NCBI RefSeq assembly: GCF_988243305.1
Contig: NZ_OZ547136.1
Length of the DNA stretch: 64,000 nt
Reading direction: 5' to 3' (one strand)
A program made the position numbers and the translations under genes. The notes under the pieces are model-generated. The model was not told the origin of the DNA, made no database searches, and saw nothing but the letters and a program-made list of their open reading frames with translations. Below, piece by piece: positions 23,346 to 36,877 of this stretch (positions within the stretch are counted from its first letter, which is position 1; every line of letters begins with the position of its first letter).

Positions 23346-23612
23346 AAGTCAGCGAAGGGAATGCTTCTGGCTTTTAACAGATAAAAAGAGACCGAACACG
23401 ATTCCTGTATTCGGTCCAGGGAAATGGCTCTTGGGAGAGAGCCGTGCGCTAAAAGTTGGCATTAATGCAGGCTTAGTTGCCTTGCCCTTTAAGAATAGAT
23501 GACGACGCCAGGTTTTCCAGTTTGCGTGCAAAATGGTCAATAAAAAGCGCGGTGGTCATCAGCTTAAATGTTAAAAACCGCCCGTTCTGGTGAAAGAACT
23601 GAGGCGGTTTTT
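23346..23612 (+). ncRNA. ryeA: Antisense small RNA RyeA (SraC) overlapping SdsR; boundaries approximate
   Basis: Known antisense partner of SdsR in the pphA-yebY intergenic region; plus-strand hairpin and T-run at 23574-23612. Confidence 0.5.
23384..23485 (-). ncRNA. sdsR: Small regulatory RNA SdsR (RyeB)
   Basis: Minus strand reads GCAAGGCAACUAAGCCUGCAUUAAUGCC...GUGUUCGGUCUCUUUUU, matching the recalled SdsR sequence and its terminator. Confidence 0.8.
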
Positions 23613-23642
23613 TATTGGAAATCAAAAGGCTATTTTAGGTAA

Positions 23643-23984
23643 TTAACAGAGTTTTTCAGCTCGCTCTATAAACGGTGCCAGACTCATTTTTTCTCCTGGA
23701 TTGTTAGGATCATCAATCTGAATCACCGAAATGGGCTGGGCTTTAGTCTTCCCGCTGGCGACTTCCTTTTGTGCAATATCGTTTAACGGATACTGCACGA
23801 GGGTACTTGGGTTAATGACATACAAAGCATTACCCGGTCGGCAAGTCAGCATCACCTCTTCGCGGTTAAATGCCCATTTGTCTTTACCCACTTCAAAACG
23901 ACTGACGGTAATCACCTGCGGTGCCGCCAGCGCCGCTGCAGAACTGGTGAGTAACAGAAACGCCAGAATACTTTTTTTCATCAT
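23643..23984 (-). CDS. yebY: Periplasmic DUF2511 protein YebY
   Basis: 113-aa ORF with signal peptide; synteny with yebZ and yobA. Confidence 0.9.
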   Translation of the reverse strand: MMKKSILAFLLLTSSAAALAAPQVITVSRFEVGKDKWAFNREEVMLTCRPGNALYVINPSTLVQYPLNDIAQKEVASGKTKAQPISVIQIDDPNNPGEKMSLAPFIERAEKLC

Positions 23985-23996
23985 TTTCGTAATCCA

Positions 23997-24869
23997 TCAA
24001 AAAGGTTCGAGAGTCGCAAGCAGGCTGATGATCACCAGCACTACCGCACCTATCGCCCATTCGAGTTTAGTCATCCACACAAACCAGGGAGCCGCACGAT
24101 CTTCATCCTGCCTCATGCGCGGTACAAGAACATAACGATTAGCCAGCGCGATGACCACCATAATCATCACCAGGATGGCTTTGAGCAATAAGAGTTGGCC
24201 CCAGTAAGTCGTAAGCGTGGGGGGAAATCCGGTAATCAACAATGCATTAAGCACGCCGCTTGCCAGTACGCCGATCACCGCAAAATGCCCGCACCAGGAA
24301 AAACGCATCAGCGCCTGAATAGCCTGGTGTCGCCAACGGCCTTTGATGAGTTGCATACACCAGAGCACCGGCAGTAATCCCCCAAACCACGCCGCCGCAC
24401 AAATCAGGTGAATCGAGTGATTAGTCTGATGGATTTTCGCCGTTACCCCTTCATTCAGCGTCGCATGGCCGACTCCCGCCAGCAGAATAAATTGCGCGGT
24501 AGTGAGCATAAACAGCAAACGTGGCATATTCCGCGGTTGCATAAGGGCGACGATCAACGTTACGAGGGCGAGAACAATTTGCCATAACCAGACGCCACCA
24601 AACTGCGTTTGCAAAACAGCCTGCCAAATGTTTGGCGAAAATACATCTGTCCATCCCGTTCCCATCAACCCGCCCTGAACGGCGAGCATTGCCGTGGCAC
24701 TGATCAAACTCCAGACGGCAGCGTGTTGTTGTAAACGCAGAAAACGCTTCGTCAGCAAGCGACGAATCGTTAAGGGAGCCAGCCAGGCACCGTACATTGC
24801 GAAGCCAAAGACCAGCATCAGCGAGGTGAAATGGATAAATCGCAGCGCGATCCAGGTAAACGCCAGCAT
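23997..24869 (-). CDS. yebZ: CopD-family inner membrane protein
   Basis: 290-aa polytopic membrane protein. Confidence 0.9.
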   Translation of the reverse strand: MLAFTWIALRFIHFTSLMLVFGFAMYGAWLAPLTIRRLLTKRFLRLQQHAAVWSLISATAMLAVQGGLMGTGWTDVFSPNIWQAVLQTQFGGVWLWQIVLALVTLIVALMQPRNMPRLLFMLTTAQFILLAGVGHATLNEGVTAKIHQTNHSIHLICAAAWFGGLLPVLWCMQLIKGRWRHQAIQALMRFSWCGHFAVIGVLASGVLNALLITGFPPTLTTYWGQLLLLKAILVMIMVVIALANRYVLVPRMRQDEDRAAPWFVWMTKLEWAIGAVVLVIISLLATLEPF

Positions 24870-24872
24870 GAT

Positions 24873-25247
24873 TTATTTCACGCTAAAGGTGTAGTGTCCT
24901 TTCGTTTTATGCCCGTCCACCGAAACAACATGCCAGTCAACGGTGTAGGTTCCGGGTTTCAGCGAATCGGCCAGTGGAACAATCAGTTGCTTTGGGTCCT
25001 GCTCATTCCGCTTCGCCGGTAATGTTTTAATATTTTCGTTTTTTGGCCCCGTGATTTTTGCACCACTGAATCCTGTTTCAACGCCTTCCGAGAAGTTTAA
25101 AGTGATTGCCTGCGGGGCAGCTGTCACTTGCGCGTTTGCCGCAGGATACTGATGCGTTAAATGCGCATGTGCCCAGACGGAAGGTGTCACCAACGAAGTG
25201 GTCAGGATTGCCAGCGCGTAGCGAAGGGAGCGTGCAGTTGAAGCCAT
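24873..25247 (-). CDS. yobA: CopC-family periplasmic copper-binding protein
   Basis: 124-aa ORF with signal peptide and HAHL motif at the mature N-terminus. Confidence 0.9.
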   Translation of the reverse strand: MASTARSLRYALAILTTSLVTPSVWAHAHLTHQYPAANAQVTAAPQAITLNFSEGVETGFSGAKITGPKNENIKTLPAKRNEQDPKQLIVPLADSLKPGTYTVDWHVVSVDGHKTKGHYTFSVK

Positions 25248-25385
25248 ATTATCTATTCCTTTTTGTAATAACTTTTTTACAGAGCATAACCTTGTCTAAT
25301 GTCTGAGTCGAGGATCATCAATTCCGGCTTGCCATCCAGGCTCACTCTTAGTAACTTTTGCCCGCGAATGATGAGGAGATTAAGA

Positions 25386-25616
25386 ATGCTGAAGAATCTG
25401 GCTAAACTGGATCAAACAGAAATGGATAAAGTGAATGTCGATTTGGCGGCGGCCGGGGTGGCATTTAAAGAACGCTACAATATGCCGGTGATCGCTGAAG
25501 CGGTTGAACGTGAACAGCCTGAACATTTGCGCAGCTGGTTTCGCGAGCGGCTTATCGCCCACCGTTTGGCTTCGGTCAATCTGTCACGTTTACCTTACGA
25601 GCCCAAACTTAAATAA
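25386..25616 (+). CDS. holE: DNA polymerase III theta subunit
   Basis: Start at [31 protein letters not shown]... (76 aa); the track ORF is extended upstream. Confidence 0.93.
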
Positions 25617-25717
25617 AACTTATACAGAGTTACACTTTCTTACATAACGCCTGCTAAATTATGAGTATTTTCTAAACCGCACCCATAATTTGCAGTCATT
25701 TTGAAAAGGAAGTCATT

Positions 25718-26374
25718 ATGTCGTTCTGGAAAGTTGCAGCAGCGCAATATGAGCCTCGTAAAACCTCACTGACCGAACAGGTAGCTCATCATCTGGAGTT
25801 TGTGAGGGCCGCCGCCAGGCAACAATGTCAGCTGTTAGTTTTTCCATCGCTTTCTTTACTGGGGTGTGATTATTCGCGACGTGCCCTTCCTGCCCCACCC
25901 GATCTCTCGCTGTTAGACCCGCTTTGTTATGCTGCAACGACCTGGCGAATGACCATCATTGCCGGCCTTCCCGTTGAATATAACGATCGCTTTATTCGTG
26001 GAATTGCGGTGTTCGCACCGTGGCGAAAAACACCAGGGATCTACCATCAGAGTCATGGTGCATGTCTGGGCCGTCGTTCCAGAACCATCACGGTGGTCGA
26101 TGAACAACCGGAAGGTATGGATATGGATCCGACCTGTTCACTGTTTACGACAGGGCAATGTCTGGGGGAACCCGACCTACTGGCATCTACCCGCCGCTTA
26201 CAATTTTTTTCACATCAGTACTCAATTGCCGTGCTGATGGCAAATGCCCGTGGTAACAGTGCACTATGGGATGAACATGGTCGTCTCATCGTTCGCGCCG
26301 ATCGTGGTTCATTATTGTTAGTCGGTCAGCGTTCATCACAGGGTTGGCAAGGCGATATCATTCCATTACGCTAG
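25718..26374 (+). CDS. yobB: Carbon-nitrogen hydrolase family protein YobB
   Basis: 218-aa ORF; synteny. Confidence 0.88.
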   Translation: MSFWKVAAAQYEPRKTSLTEQVAHHLEFVRAAARQQCQLLVFPSLSLLGCDYSRRALPAPPDLSLLDPLCYAATTWRMTIIAGLPVEYNDRFIRGIAVFAPWRKTPGIYHQSHGACLGRRSRTITVVDEQPEGMDMDPTCSLFTTGQCLGEPDLLASTRRLQFFSHQYSIAVLMANARGNSALWDEHGRLIVRADRGSLLLVGQRSSQGWQGDIIPLR

Positions 26375-26397
26375 GCTTTTTCGGCCTGGAGCATGCC

Positions 26398-29144
<2,747 letters not shown>

Positions 29145-29272
29145 TTATAAGGGTGGCAAAACTCACCGGAGATGCAAGCGAAACAGGGTAGTCATTGCTT
29201 AGCGAAAACGCCGTAAACCCTCGCCCAATGCGGGCGGGGATATAAGGCGAAAAGCCCGCAGGGCTTTAAAGA

Positions 29273-29698
29273 TCAATCAGGTGTTGACTGACTCTGAACG
29301 TAGGCTCTGAGCGTTTCAATCGTTGCCTCTCCGGTGCTACAGACAAAGTACGATCTCGACCACAAAAGCCCCGTTTTACTCTGCATACGTAAATGCGCGT
29401 TCTGCTGGCGTAGCAAACGTGATGATACCGATTTTAAATTATTGACCATCACACTGACCGCCAGTTTTGGCGGGTAGGCAACCAGCAGGTGTACATGGTC
29501 TGGCTCCCCGTCCATCTCAATAATTTCGCATTCAAGCTTTGCCGCAGCGGAGCCAAAAGCCTCACGCAACTGAGCGATCATCTGACTGTCGAATAGTTTG
29601 CGTCGATACTTTGTCGTAAAAATAAGGTGCACAACCAGCTTACTGACACTGTGTCGTTTGCGGAGAAATCCCGCCAGTAAATCATCATGATTACTCAA
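29273..29698 (-). CDS. tnpA: IS200-type Y1 (HUH) transposase TnpA
   Basis: 141-aa ORF with HUH motif (HVHLLV) and catalytic Tyr region (SYFVCSTG). Confidence 0.93.
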   Translation of the reverse strand: MSNHDDLLAGFLRKRHSVSKLVVHLIFTTKYRRKLFDSQMIAQLREAFGSAAAKLECEIIEMDGEPDHVHLLVAYPPKLAVSVMVNNLKSVSSRLLRQQNAHLRMQSKTGLLWSRSYFVCSTGEATIETLRAYVQSQSTPD

Positions 29699-29754
29699 TT
29701 GATATATTTACCTAAAGTGTTAAAATAAAAGCATTATATCAATGAGCGCTGATT

Positions 29755-30924
29755 ATGTTAAGAGCAACAAAAGTACGCATCTACCCGACACCAGAACAGG
29801 CTGAATTTATCAACGCCCAGTTCGGTGCAGTGCGTTTTGCGTACAACAAAGCTCTGCATATCAAGAAACATTCTTACCAGCGGCACCGCGTAAATTTAAA
29901 CCCGCGTAAAGACCTCAAACCACTGCTTGCAGTGGCGAAGAAATCCCGCCGGTATGGATGGCTTAAAGAATATGATTCTATTGCGTTGCAGCAGGCGGTA
30001 ATTAACCTCGACGTGGCTTTTTCTAACTTTTTCAATCCGAAACTGAAAGCAGGTAAACCAACCTTTAAAAGTAAACACGGCAGACAATCGAGCTATCATT
30101 GTGTTGGCATAAAAGTCCTTGATGGTGCGATAAAAATACCGAAAATCTTGCCGATTGAAGCGCGTTTACATCGTGAAATTACGGGAATGCTGAAAAGTAT
30201 CACGTTGAGCCGCAGCGCAACCGGGAAATACTACGCGTCGTTACTCTGTGACGACGGGATGGAAGCGCCGGCAAAGCCCGCACTGATATCAAATGTGACA
30301 GGGCTGGATATGGGGCTGGCGCATTTTGTCATCAAATCGGACGGCAATAAAATTGCCAGTCCCCGCCACCTAATCAATGCAAGTCGCAACCTGCGCCGGA
30401 AGCAGAAAGCACTGTCCCGTAAGAAAAAAGGGAGCGCAAACAGGCACAAAGCCAGAATACAACTTGCAGCCGTTCACGAACGGGTAGCCAGTGCCCGTGC
30501 CGATTTCCAGCACAAGTTATCTCGCGCAATTGTTGACGAAAACCAAGCGGTAATTGTCGAGACATTGAAAACGGCAAATATGATGAAAAATCACCATCTG
30601 GCTCGTGCGATAGGCGATGCTGGATGGTCTGGATTCATCACAAAACTGGAATACAAAGCAACAGAGAAAGGTGTGCATCTGGTGAAACTGGATCAATGGT
30701 TCGCCAGTTCGAAGACCTGCCACTGCTGCGGTCACAAAATGTCGGAGATGCCATTACATAAGCGCATCTGGCAGTGTCCAGAGTGTGGAGTTGAACATGA
30801 CCGCGATATCAACGCGGCGCTCAACATCAAACGCAAGGGCATACTGGAATTACAAGCGGCGGGACTCGTCGTTTCTGCCCATGGAGGCCAGCGTAAATCC
30901 GTCACACAGACGGTTGCGGCTTAA
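29755..30924 (+). CDS. tnpB: TnpB (OrfB) RNA-guided endonuclease
   Basis: 389-aa ORF with split RuvC-like motifs (GLDMG, VIVE, DRDINAA) and C-terminal CxxC...CxxC zinc finger. Confidence 0.93.
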   Translation: MLRATKVRIYPTPEQAEFINAQFGAVRFAYNKALHIKKHSYQRHRVNLNPRKDLKPLLAVAKKSRRYGWLKEYDSIALQQAVINLDVAFSNFFNPKLKAGKPTFKSKHGRQSSYHCVGIKVLDGAIKIPKILPIEARLHREITGMLKSITLSRSATGKYYASLLCDDGMEAPAKPALISNVTGLDMGLAHFVIKSDGNKIASPRHLINASRNLRRKQKALSRKKKGSANRHKARIQLAAVHERVASARADFQHKLSRAIVDENQAVIVETLKTANMMKNHHLARAIGDAGWSGFITKLEYKATEKGVHLVKLDQWFASSKTCHCCGHKMSEMPLHKRIWQCPECGVEHDRDINAALNIKRKGILELQAAGLVVSAHGGQRKSVTQTVAA

Positions 30925-30980
30925 GAAGTGGGAAGCCTCGCCCGACAGGGCGGGGAGCAGTCACATGATGACAGGTAATG
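30800..30980 (+). ncRNA. Putative omega RNA (reRNA) from the tnpB 3' end and IS right end; boundaries inferred
   Basis: By analogy with characterised TnpB systems, the guide RNA overlaps the tnpB 3' end and right-end hairpin (30936-30955); no direct evidence of transcription. Confidence 0.3.
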
Positions 30981-31087
30981 GCGCGGATATCGAATGTTAT
31001 GCAGACAGAGAAAATCAGCCTGCTCAAATGGCTGTGCGGTTCTGGATAGCCCGAAATAGTCAACTTCAGGCTATCCAGAGAGCGGAA

Positions 31088-31747
31088 TTATTCCGCCAAA
31101 GTGCGTTTTTGTTGTTCGAGATCGCGTTCAATGCCTTCACGAACGTCCTGGGGGATTTTCAGCGCGTCACCCAGTGCATTCAGGTAACTGCGTTCCATAA
31201 AATGGTCAATATCAATAGCCGCGCAGCTCAGGAAATAGATTTCCAGCGCCTCTTCTTCATTGCGGATCCCGGTAGCCAGGCGTTGTGGATCCAGCGGTTG
31301 TTCGATTGCCTGCTCAATGAGTACACGCCCCTGTTCTTCCACACCGGCTTCACGCAATTGCTGATCGATTGCCGCACGTTCTTTGGCATCAATATGACCA
31401 TCACTTTTAGCGGCAAAGACCAGCGCAAGGATCAAACGTTCCGTACGCTCATCCAGCGGCGTACTTTGCGCGCCAAACTGCGGTTCGTCCTGATGCGCCG
31501 CGCGAATTTTATCTTTGTATTTATTCCACAGCACCGTACCCGCTACCGCTCCGCCGCCAACCAGTAACGCGTTGGTGCCATATTTCGTAAGAAGTTTACG
31601 TGCTGATTTATTTGCGACCAGCAGCCCAGCCAGTCCGCCTAATGCGCCTGGCACTAAAAGTTTGCCCAATCCCTGATCCGCAGACGAGGAGGCAGAAGAA
31701 CTGCTTTGCCCAAGCAAGGATTGCAGTTGATTTAACCAGTTAGCCAT
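31088..31747 (-). CDS. yebE: DUF533 inner membrane protein YebE
   Basis: 219-aa ORF; synteny. Confidence 0.9.
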   Translation of the reverse strand: MANWLNQLQSLLGQSSSSASSSADQGLGKLLVPGALGGLAGLLVANKSARKLLTKYGTNALLVGGGAVAGTVLWNKYKDKIRAAHQDEPQFGAQSTPLDERTERLILALVFAAKSDGHIDAKERAAIDQQLREAGVEEQGRVLIEQAIEQPLDPQRLATGIRNEEEALEIYFLSCAAIDIDHFMERSYLNALGDALKIPQDVREGIERDLEQQKRTLAE

Positions 31748-31954
31748 ATTTGCTCCTCAATAACCATTTTTAGTGCCTGTAGCATAGCGGATGAGGATGT
31801 CAGAAAATGTATATCGAGACAAAAGATGCGAAAATAAGCGGGGCGGTAGACCGTTATTCAAAGAAATTCGCGCCAGGTAAGGTGTTTACTGTATATCAGG
31901 TGATAAGGGTATTTTAGGTGAAAGTAGTTTGACGTTTTGAGTGGCACTGTTTGA

Positions 31955-32062
31955 CGCTGATTGCCCGATGCGACGCTGTTGCGTCTTCTCAGGCCTACGA
32001 TTGTGGTGCGTTGTGGGGCGGACAAGGCATTCGCGCCGCATCCGCCGACGGTCAATCGAATT
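31955..32062. repeat. REP-like extragenic palindromic elements
   Basis: GC-rich imperfect palindromes (gcccgatgcgacgctg...cgtcttctcaggcctac; ggcgcggatgcgg-like) in the yebE-yebF intergenic region. Confidence 0.45.
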
Positions 32063-32073
32063 ATCAGAGGCCA

Positions 32074-32478
<405 letters not shown>

Positions 32479-32496
32479 TCAGGAGCGCAAGTTGCT

Positions 32497-32787
32497 TCAG
32501 GCCGCGTGTGAGGCATCTTCCTCTTCGGATTCAGCACCGACGACCTGTGGGGACGGTAATTTGCCGGTTTTCAGAATGGTGCTCAGCACATCTTTTTGTT
32601 CTGCCAGCCATAGCGAAAGGGCTTCACGTTGCTCGTCTTCCATTTGCACTGGAGAATTTGTCAGCCAGGTGTCAAGCAGATCCGCCGTATCAAGCATTTT
32701 GTCATAAGCATCGGCTTCCTTTTTGCTGGTAAACGACATTTTCTCTTCGCCCTCACGAATGACTACGTATTTAACTTCAACCGCCAT
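32497..32787 (-). CDS. yebG: DNA-damage-inducible protein YebG
   Basis: 96-aa ORF; LexA box immediately upstream. Confidence 0.93.
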   Translation of the reverse strand: MAVEVKYVVIREGEEKMSFTSKKEADAYDKMLDTADLLDTWLTNSPVQMEDEQREALSLWLAEQKDVLSTILKTGKLPSPQVVGAESEEEDASHAA

Positions 32788-32804
32788 TTGCAGCCTCTCA
32801 TAAT

Positions 32805-32824
32805 AACTGTGATTTTATACAGTA
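32805..32824 (-). promoter_or_regulatory. LexA (SOS) box of yebG
   Basis: Minus strand reads TACTGTATAAAATCACAGTT, a CTGT-N8-ACAG box. Confidence 0.85.
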
Positions 32825-32867
32825 TATTTCTTTTCGGTTGGGAAATCAACATCAGCAATAAAGACAC

Positions 32868-32883
32868 GCGCAAACGTTTTCGT
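32868..32883 (+). promoter_or_regulatory. PurR operator upstream of purT
   Basis: gCGCAAACGTTTTCGT, near-match to the PurR box consensus ACGCAAACGTTTTCNT. Confidence 0.7.
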
Positions 32884-32920
32884 TTATACTGCGCGCGGAA
32901 TTAATCAGGGGATATTCGTT

Positions 32921-34099
32921 ATGACGTTATTAGGCACTGCGCTGCGTCCGGCAGCAACTCGCGTGATGTTATTAGGCTCCGGTGAACTGGGTAAAGAAGT
33001 GGCAATCGAGTGTCAGCGTCTCGGCGTAGAAGTGATTGCCGTTGATCGCTATGCCGACGCACCAGCCATGCATGTCGCGCATCGCTCCCATGTCATTAAT
33101 ATGCTTGATGGTGATGCATTACGCCGTGTGGTTGAACTGGAAAAACCACATTATATCGTGCCGGAGATCGAAGCTATTGCCACCGATATGCTGATCCAAC
33201 TTGAAGAGGAAGGACTGAATGTTGTCCCCTGCGCGCGCGCAACGAAATTAACGATGAATCGCGAGGGTATCCGTCGCCTGGCGGCAGAAGAGCTGCAGCT
33301 GCCCACTTCCACTTATCGTTTTGCCGATAACGAAAACCTTTTCCGCAAGGCGGTTGCTGACATCGGCTATCCCTGCATTGTTAAACCGGTGATGAGTTCC
33401 TCCGGCAAGGGGCAGACGTTTATTCGTTCTGCAGAGCAACTTGCTCATGCATGGGAGTACGCTCAGCAAGGCGGTCGCGCCGGAGCGGGCCGCGTAATTG
33501 TTGAAGGCGTCGTTAAGTTTGACTTCGAAATTACCCTGCTAACCGTCAGCGCGGTGGATGGCGTCCATTTCTGTGCACCAGTAGGTCATCGCCAGGAAGA
33601 TGGCGACTACCGTGAATCCTGGCAACCACAGCAAATGAGCCAGCTTGCCCTTGAACGTGCGCAAGAGATTGCCCGTAAAGTGGTGCTGGCACTGGGCGGT
33701 TATGGTCTGTTTGGTGTCGAGCTGTTTGTCTGTGGTGATGAGGTGATTTTCAGTGAGGTCTCCCCTCGTCCACATGATACCGGGATGGTGACGTTAATTT
33801 CTCAGGATCTCTCAGAGTTTGCCCTGCATGTGCGAGCCTTTCTCGGACTTCCGGTTGGCGGGATCCGTCAGTATGGTCCTGCAGCTTCTGCCGTTATCCT
33901 GCCACAACTGACCAGTGAGAATGTCACGTTTGATAATGTGCAGAATGCCGTAGGCGCAGGTTTGCAGATTCGTTTATTTGGTAAGCCGGAAATTGATGGC
34001 AGCCGTCGTCTGGGGGTGGCACTGGCTACTGCAGAGAGTGTTGATGAAGCGATTGATCGCGCAAAGCACGCCGCAGCACAGATAAAAGTACAAGCTTAA
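32921..34099 (+). CDS. purT: Formate-dependent phosphoribosylglycinamide formyltransferase (GAR transformylase T)
   Basis: 392-aa ATP-grasp enzyme. Confidence 0.96.
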   Translation: MTLLGTALRPAATRVMLLGSGELGKEVAIECQRLGVEVIAVDRYADAPAMHVAHRSHVINMLDGDALRRVVELEKPHYIVPEIEAIATDMLIQLEEEGLNVVPCARATKLTMNREGIRRLAAEELQLPTSTYRFADNENLFRKAVADIGYPCIVKPVMSSSGKGQTFIRSAEQLAHAWEYAQQGGRAGAGRVIVEGVVKFDFEITLLTVSAVDGVHFCAPVGHRQEDGDYRESWQPQQMSQLALERAQEIARKVVLALGGYGLFGVELFVCGDEVIFSEVSPRPHDTGMVTLISQDLSEFALHVRAFLGLPVGGIRQYGPAASAVILPQLTSENVTFDNVQNAVGAGLQIRLFGKPEIDGSRRLGVALATAESVDEAIDRAKHAAAQIKVQA

Positions 34100-34119
34100 C
34101 CCCGGCGAAAAACGCTACC

Positions 34120-34150
34120 AAAATGCCCGATCGAGGATCGGGCATTTTGA
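34120..34150. terminator. Bidirectional hairpin terminator between purT and eda
   Basis: aaaatgcccgatc-gag-gatcgggcatttt perfect palindrome flanked by A/T runs. Confidence 0.7.
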
Positions 34151-34153
34151 CTT

Positions 34154-34795
34154 TTACAGCTTAGCGCCTTCTACAGCTTCACGCGCCAGCTTAGTAATGC
34201 GGTCGTAATCGCCCGCTTCCAGCGCATCTGCCGGAACCAGCCAGGAGCCACCGATGCACAGCACGCTTTTCAGCGCCAGGTAGTCACGGTAGTTAGCCGG
34301 AGAAATACCACCCGTCGGGCAGAAACGGACCTGGGAGAACGGACCCGCGATTGCCTGCAGGGCTTTCACGCCGCCGTTAGCTTCAGCCGGGAAGAATTTG
34401 AACTCTTTCAAACCGTAGTCCATACCCAGCATCAGTTCGGAAACAGTGCTGATCCCCGGAATCAGAGGAATAGTCCCTTCGGTAGCAGCCTTCAGCAGCG
34501 GCTCGGTCAGACCCGGGCTAATTGCGAACTGTGCACCCGCTTCGGTGACTTCTGCCAGCTGCTGTGGATTCAGCACCGTACCGGCACCCACAATCGCTTC
34601 AGGCACTTCTTTGGCGATAGCACGGATAGCGTCAACTGCACACTCGGTACGCAGAGTCACTTCCAGAACGCGCACCCCACCAGCAACCAACGCTTTTGCC
34701 ATCGGCACCGCGTGTTCCAGTTTTTTTACCACGATAACCGGTACAACCGGGCCGGTGGTCAGGATTGATTCTGCACTTGTTTTCCAGTTTTTCAT
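34154..34795 (-). CDS. eda: KHG/KDPG aldolase
   Basis: 213-aa ORF; Entner-Doudoroff operon edd-eda. Confidence 0.97.
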
Positions 34796-34831
34796 CAGAG
34801 TTTTCTCTCGCCTGATTACAAATTTGTCGTC

Positions 34832-36643
34832 TTAAAAAGTGATACAGGTTGCGCCCTGTTCGGCACCGGACAGTTTTTCACGCAAGGCGCTGAATAATTC
34901 ACGTCCTGTTCCCACGCGTGACGCGCTCAGGTCAGGAATGTGCGGTTCGCGAGCAGCCAGTTCCGCTTCGTCTACCAGCAGCGTCAGTTCGCCTGTCTGT
35001 CCATTCACACGAATGATGTCCCCGTCGCGCACTTTTGCCAGCAGCCCGCCATCGTAGGCTTCTGGTGTTACGTGGATAGCTGACGGCACTTTACCTGAAG
35101 CGCCGGAGAGTCGTCCATCGGTAACTAACGCAATTTTGAAACACCGGTCCAATAATACACCAAGTGGCGGCATGAGTTTATGTAATTCTGGCATTCCGTT
35201 CGCTTTTGGCCCCTGATGACGGACAACAATGACACAATCGCGGTCCAGCAAACCCGCTTCAAAGGCCGGCATAACGTCATGCTGGCTTTCAAAAACAACC
35301 GCAGGCGCTTCAATCACCTGGTTCTCTACCGGCACGGCAGAGGTTTTCATCACCGCTCGGCCCAGGTTACCGCTTAACACTTTTGTCCCACCATGATGAG
35401 AGAAAGGTTGTTCGAAGGAAGCGATCACATTGTTGTCGAGTGATTTTTCTGCCCCTTCCCGCCAGTCCAGTTCACCATTATTCAGCCATGGTTCAAGGGT
35501 ATAACGAGACAGACCAAAGCCTGCCACCGTATTGACATCTTCATGCAGCAGGCCTGCTTTGAGCAGTTCACGCACCAGAACCGGTACGCCACCTGCCGCC
35601 TGGAAGTGGTTAATATCGGCCGGACCGTTCGGGTAGAGACGTGCCATCAGCGGTACAACATCAGAAAGGTCAGAAAAGTCATCCCAGTTAATCTGAATAC
35701 CGGCCGCGCGTGCCATCGCCACCAGGTGCATGGTGTGGTTAGTGGAACCACCGGTCGCCAGCAGTGCAACGATACCGTTCACCACCACTTTCTCATCGAT
35801 CATCTTACCGATCGGCATCCATTCATTACCATTACCGGTCATGCGTGTAACCTGGCGCGCAGCGGCTGCGGTCAAAGCATCGCGCAGCGGAGAATCCGGA
35901 TGAACAAAAGAAGAGCCTGGCAACTGCATCCCCATAAACTCCACCACCATCTGGTTGGTGTTGGCAGTACCGTAGAAAGTACATGTTCCCGGCGCATGAT
36001 AAGACGCGGCTTCTGACTCCAGTAATGCCATGCGGTCCACTTTACCTTCGGCATAAAGCTGGCGAATACGCACTTTTTCTTTATTTGGCAAACCGCTTGC
36101 CATCGGTCCAGACGGCACAAACACCGCAGGCAAATGCCCAAACGACAGGGCTGCCATCGTCAGACCCGGGACAATCTTGTCGCACACACCGAGGAACAGA
36201 GCACCATCAAACATGTTATGGGACAGCCCCACCGCCGCAGACATCGCAATCACTTCGCGGCTTAACAGCGACAATTCCATTCCATCCTGCCCCTGGGTGA
36301 CACCATCACACATCGCCGGAACACCGCCTGCAACCTGACCAACCGCATTTGCTTCATGCAGGGCTTTACGAATGATTTCTGGATAGTGTTCATAAGGCTG
36401 GTGAGCGGAGAGCATGTCGTTATAGGAGGTGATGATGGCGATATTGTTACGCAACATGCTTTTCAATGAGGCTTTGTCTTCTGGCTGGCAGGCAGCGAAA
36501 CCGTGTGCCAGGTTACCGCATGCCAACTGCGAACGATGAACGGTCGAAGTTTTCGCTTGTTCTATCCGGGCGAGATAAGCAGAGCGAGTCTCGCGCGAAC
36601 GTTCAATGATTCGATTTGTTACGCGTAACAATTGTGGGTTCAT
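34832..36643 (-). CDS. edd: Phosphogluconate dehydratase
   Basis: 603-aa IlvD/Edd-family dehydratase. Confidence 0.97.
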   Translation of the reverse strand: MNPQLLRVTNRIIERSRETRSAYLARIEQAKTSTVHRSQLACGNLAHGFAACQPEDKASLKSMLRNNIAIITSYNDMLSAHQPYEHYPEIIRKALHEANAVGQVAGGVPAMCDGVTQGQDGMELSLLSREVIAMSAAVGLSHNMFDGALFLGVCDKIVPGLTMAALSFGHLPAVFVPSGPMASGLPNKEKVRIRQLYAEGKVDRMALLESEAASYHAPGTCTFYGTANTNQMVVEFMGMQLPGSSFVHPDSPLRDALTAAAARQVTRMTGNGNEWMPIGKMIDEKVVVNGIVALLATGGSTNHTMHLVAMARAAGIQINWDDFSDLSDVVPLMARLYPNGPADINHFQAAGGVPVLVRELLKAGLLHEDVNTVAGFGLSRYTLEPWLNNGELDWREGAEKSLDNNVIASFEQPFSHHGGTKVLSGNLGRAVMKTSAVPVENQVIEAPAVVFESQHDVMPAFEAGLLDRDCVIVVRHQGPKANGMPELHKLMPPLGVLLDRCFKIALVTDGRLSGASGKVPSAIHVTPEAYDGGLLAKVRDGDIIRVNGQTGELTLLVDEAELAAREPHIPDLSASRVGTGRELFSALREKLSGAEQGATCITF

Positions 36644-36763
36644 AAAGGCTCCTGAAATTGAGTTGTCAGAGCAGGATGATTCACAACGCGTTTCATTCAG
36701 AGGATTTATGACTGAAACGCCTGTAACCGGAGCTCATAGGGCAAAAACGTTTCAGTCAGTGTA

Positions 36764-36800
36764 ATAAAAAAAGCCTCGTGGGTGAATCCGCACGAGGCCT
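36764..36800 (-). terminator. Rho-independent terminator of zwf
   Basis: Hairpin gcctcgtg-N10-cacgaggc followed by a T-run on the minus strand, downstream of the zwf stop. Confidence 0.7.
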
Positions 36801-36877
36801 GAAAGTGTAAAAATTGTTCTACAATCTGTGCAAGATCATGTTACCGGTAAAATAACCATAAAGGATGAGCGCAGATA

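Larger units (their letters stand above)
29199..30965 (+). mobile_element. IS200/IS605-family insertion sequence (divergent tnpA and tnpB); ends approximate
   Basis: tnpA and tnpB flanked by near-identical subterminal hairpins cctcgccc-N-gggcgggg at 29218-29239 and 30936-30955; inserted in the ptrB-yebE intergenic region, which in K-12 (recalled) holds no element. Confidence 0.8.

Noticed and set aside
30785-31567. 260-aa ORF spanning the IS right end and yebE
   Set aside because: Crosses the IS boundary and runs antisense through yebE; no coherent gene could span an insertion junction like this.
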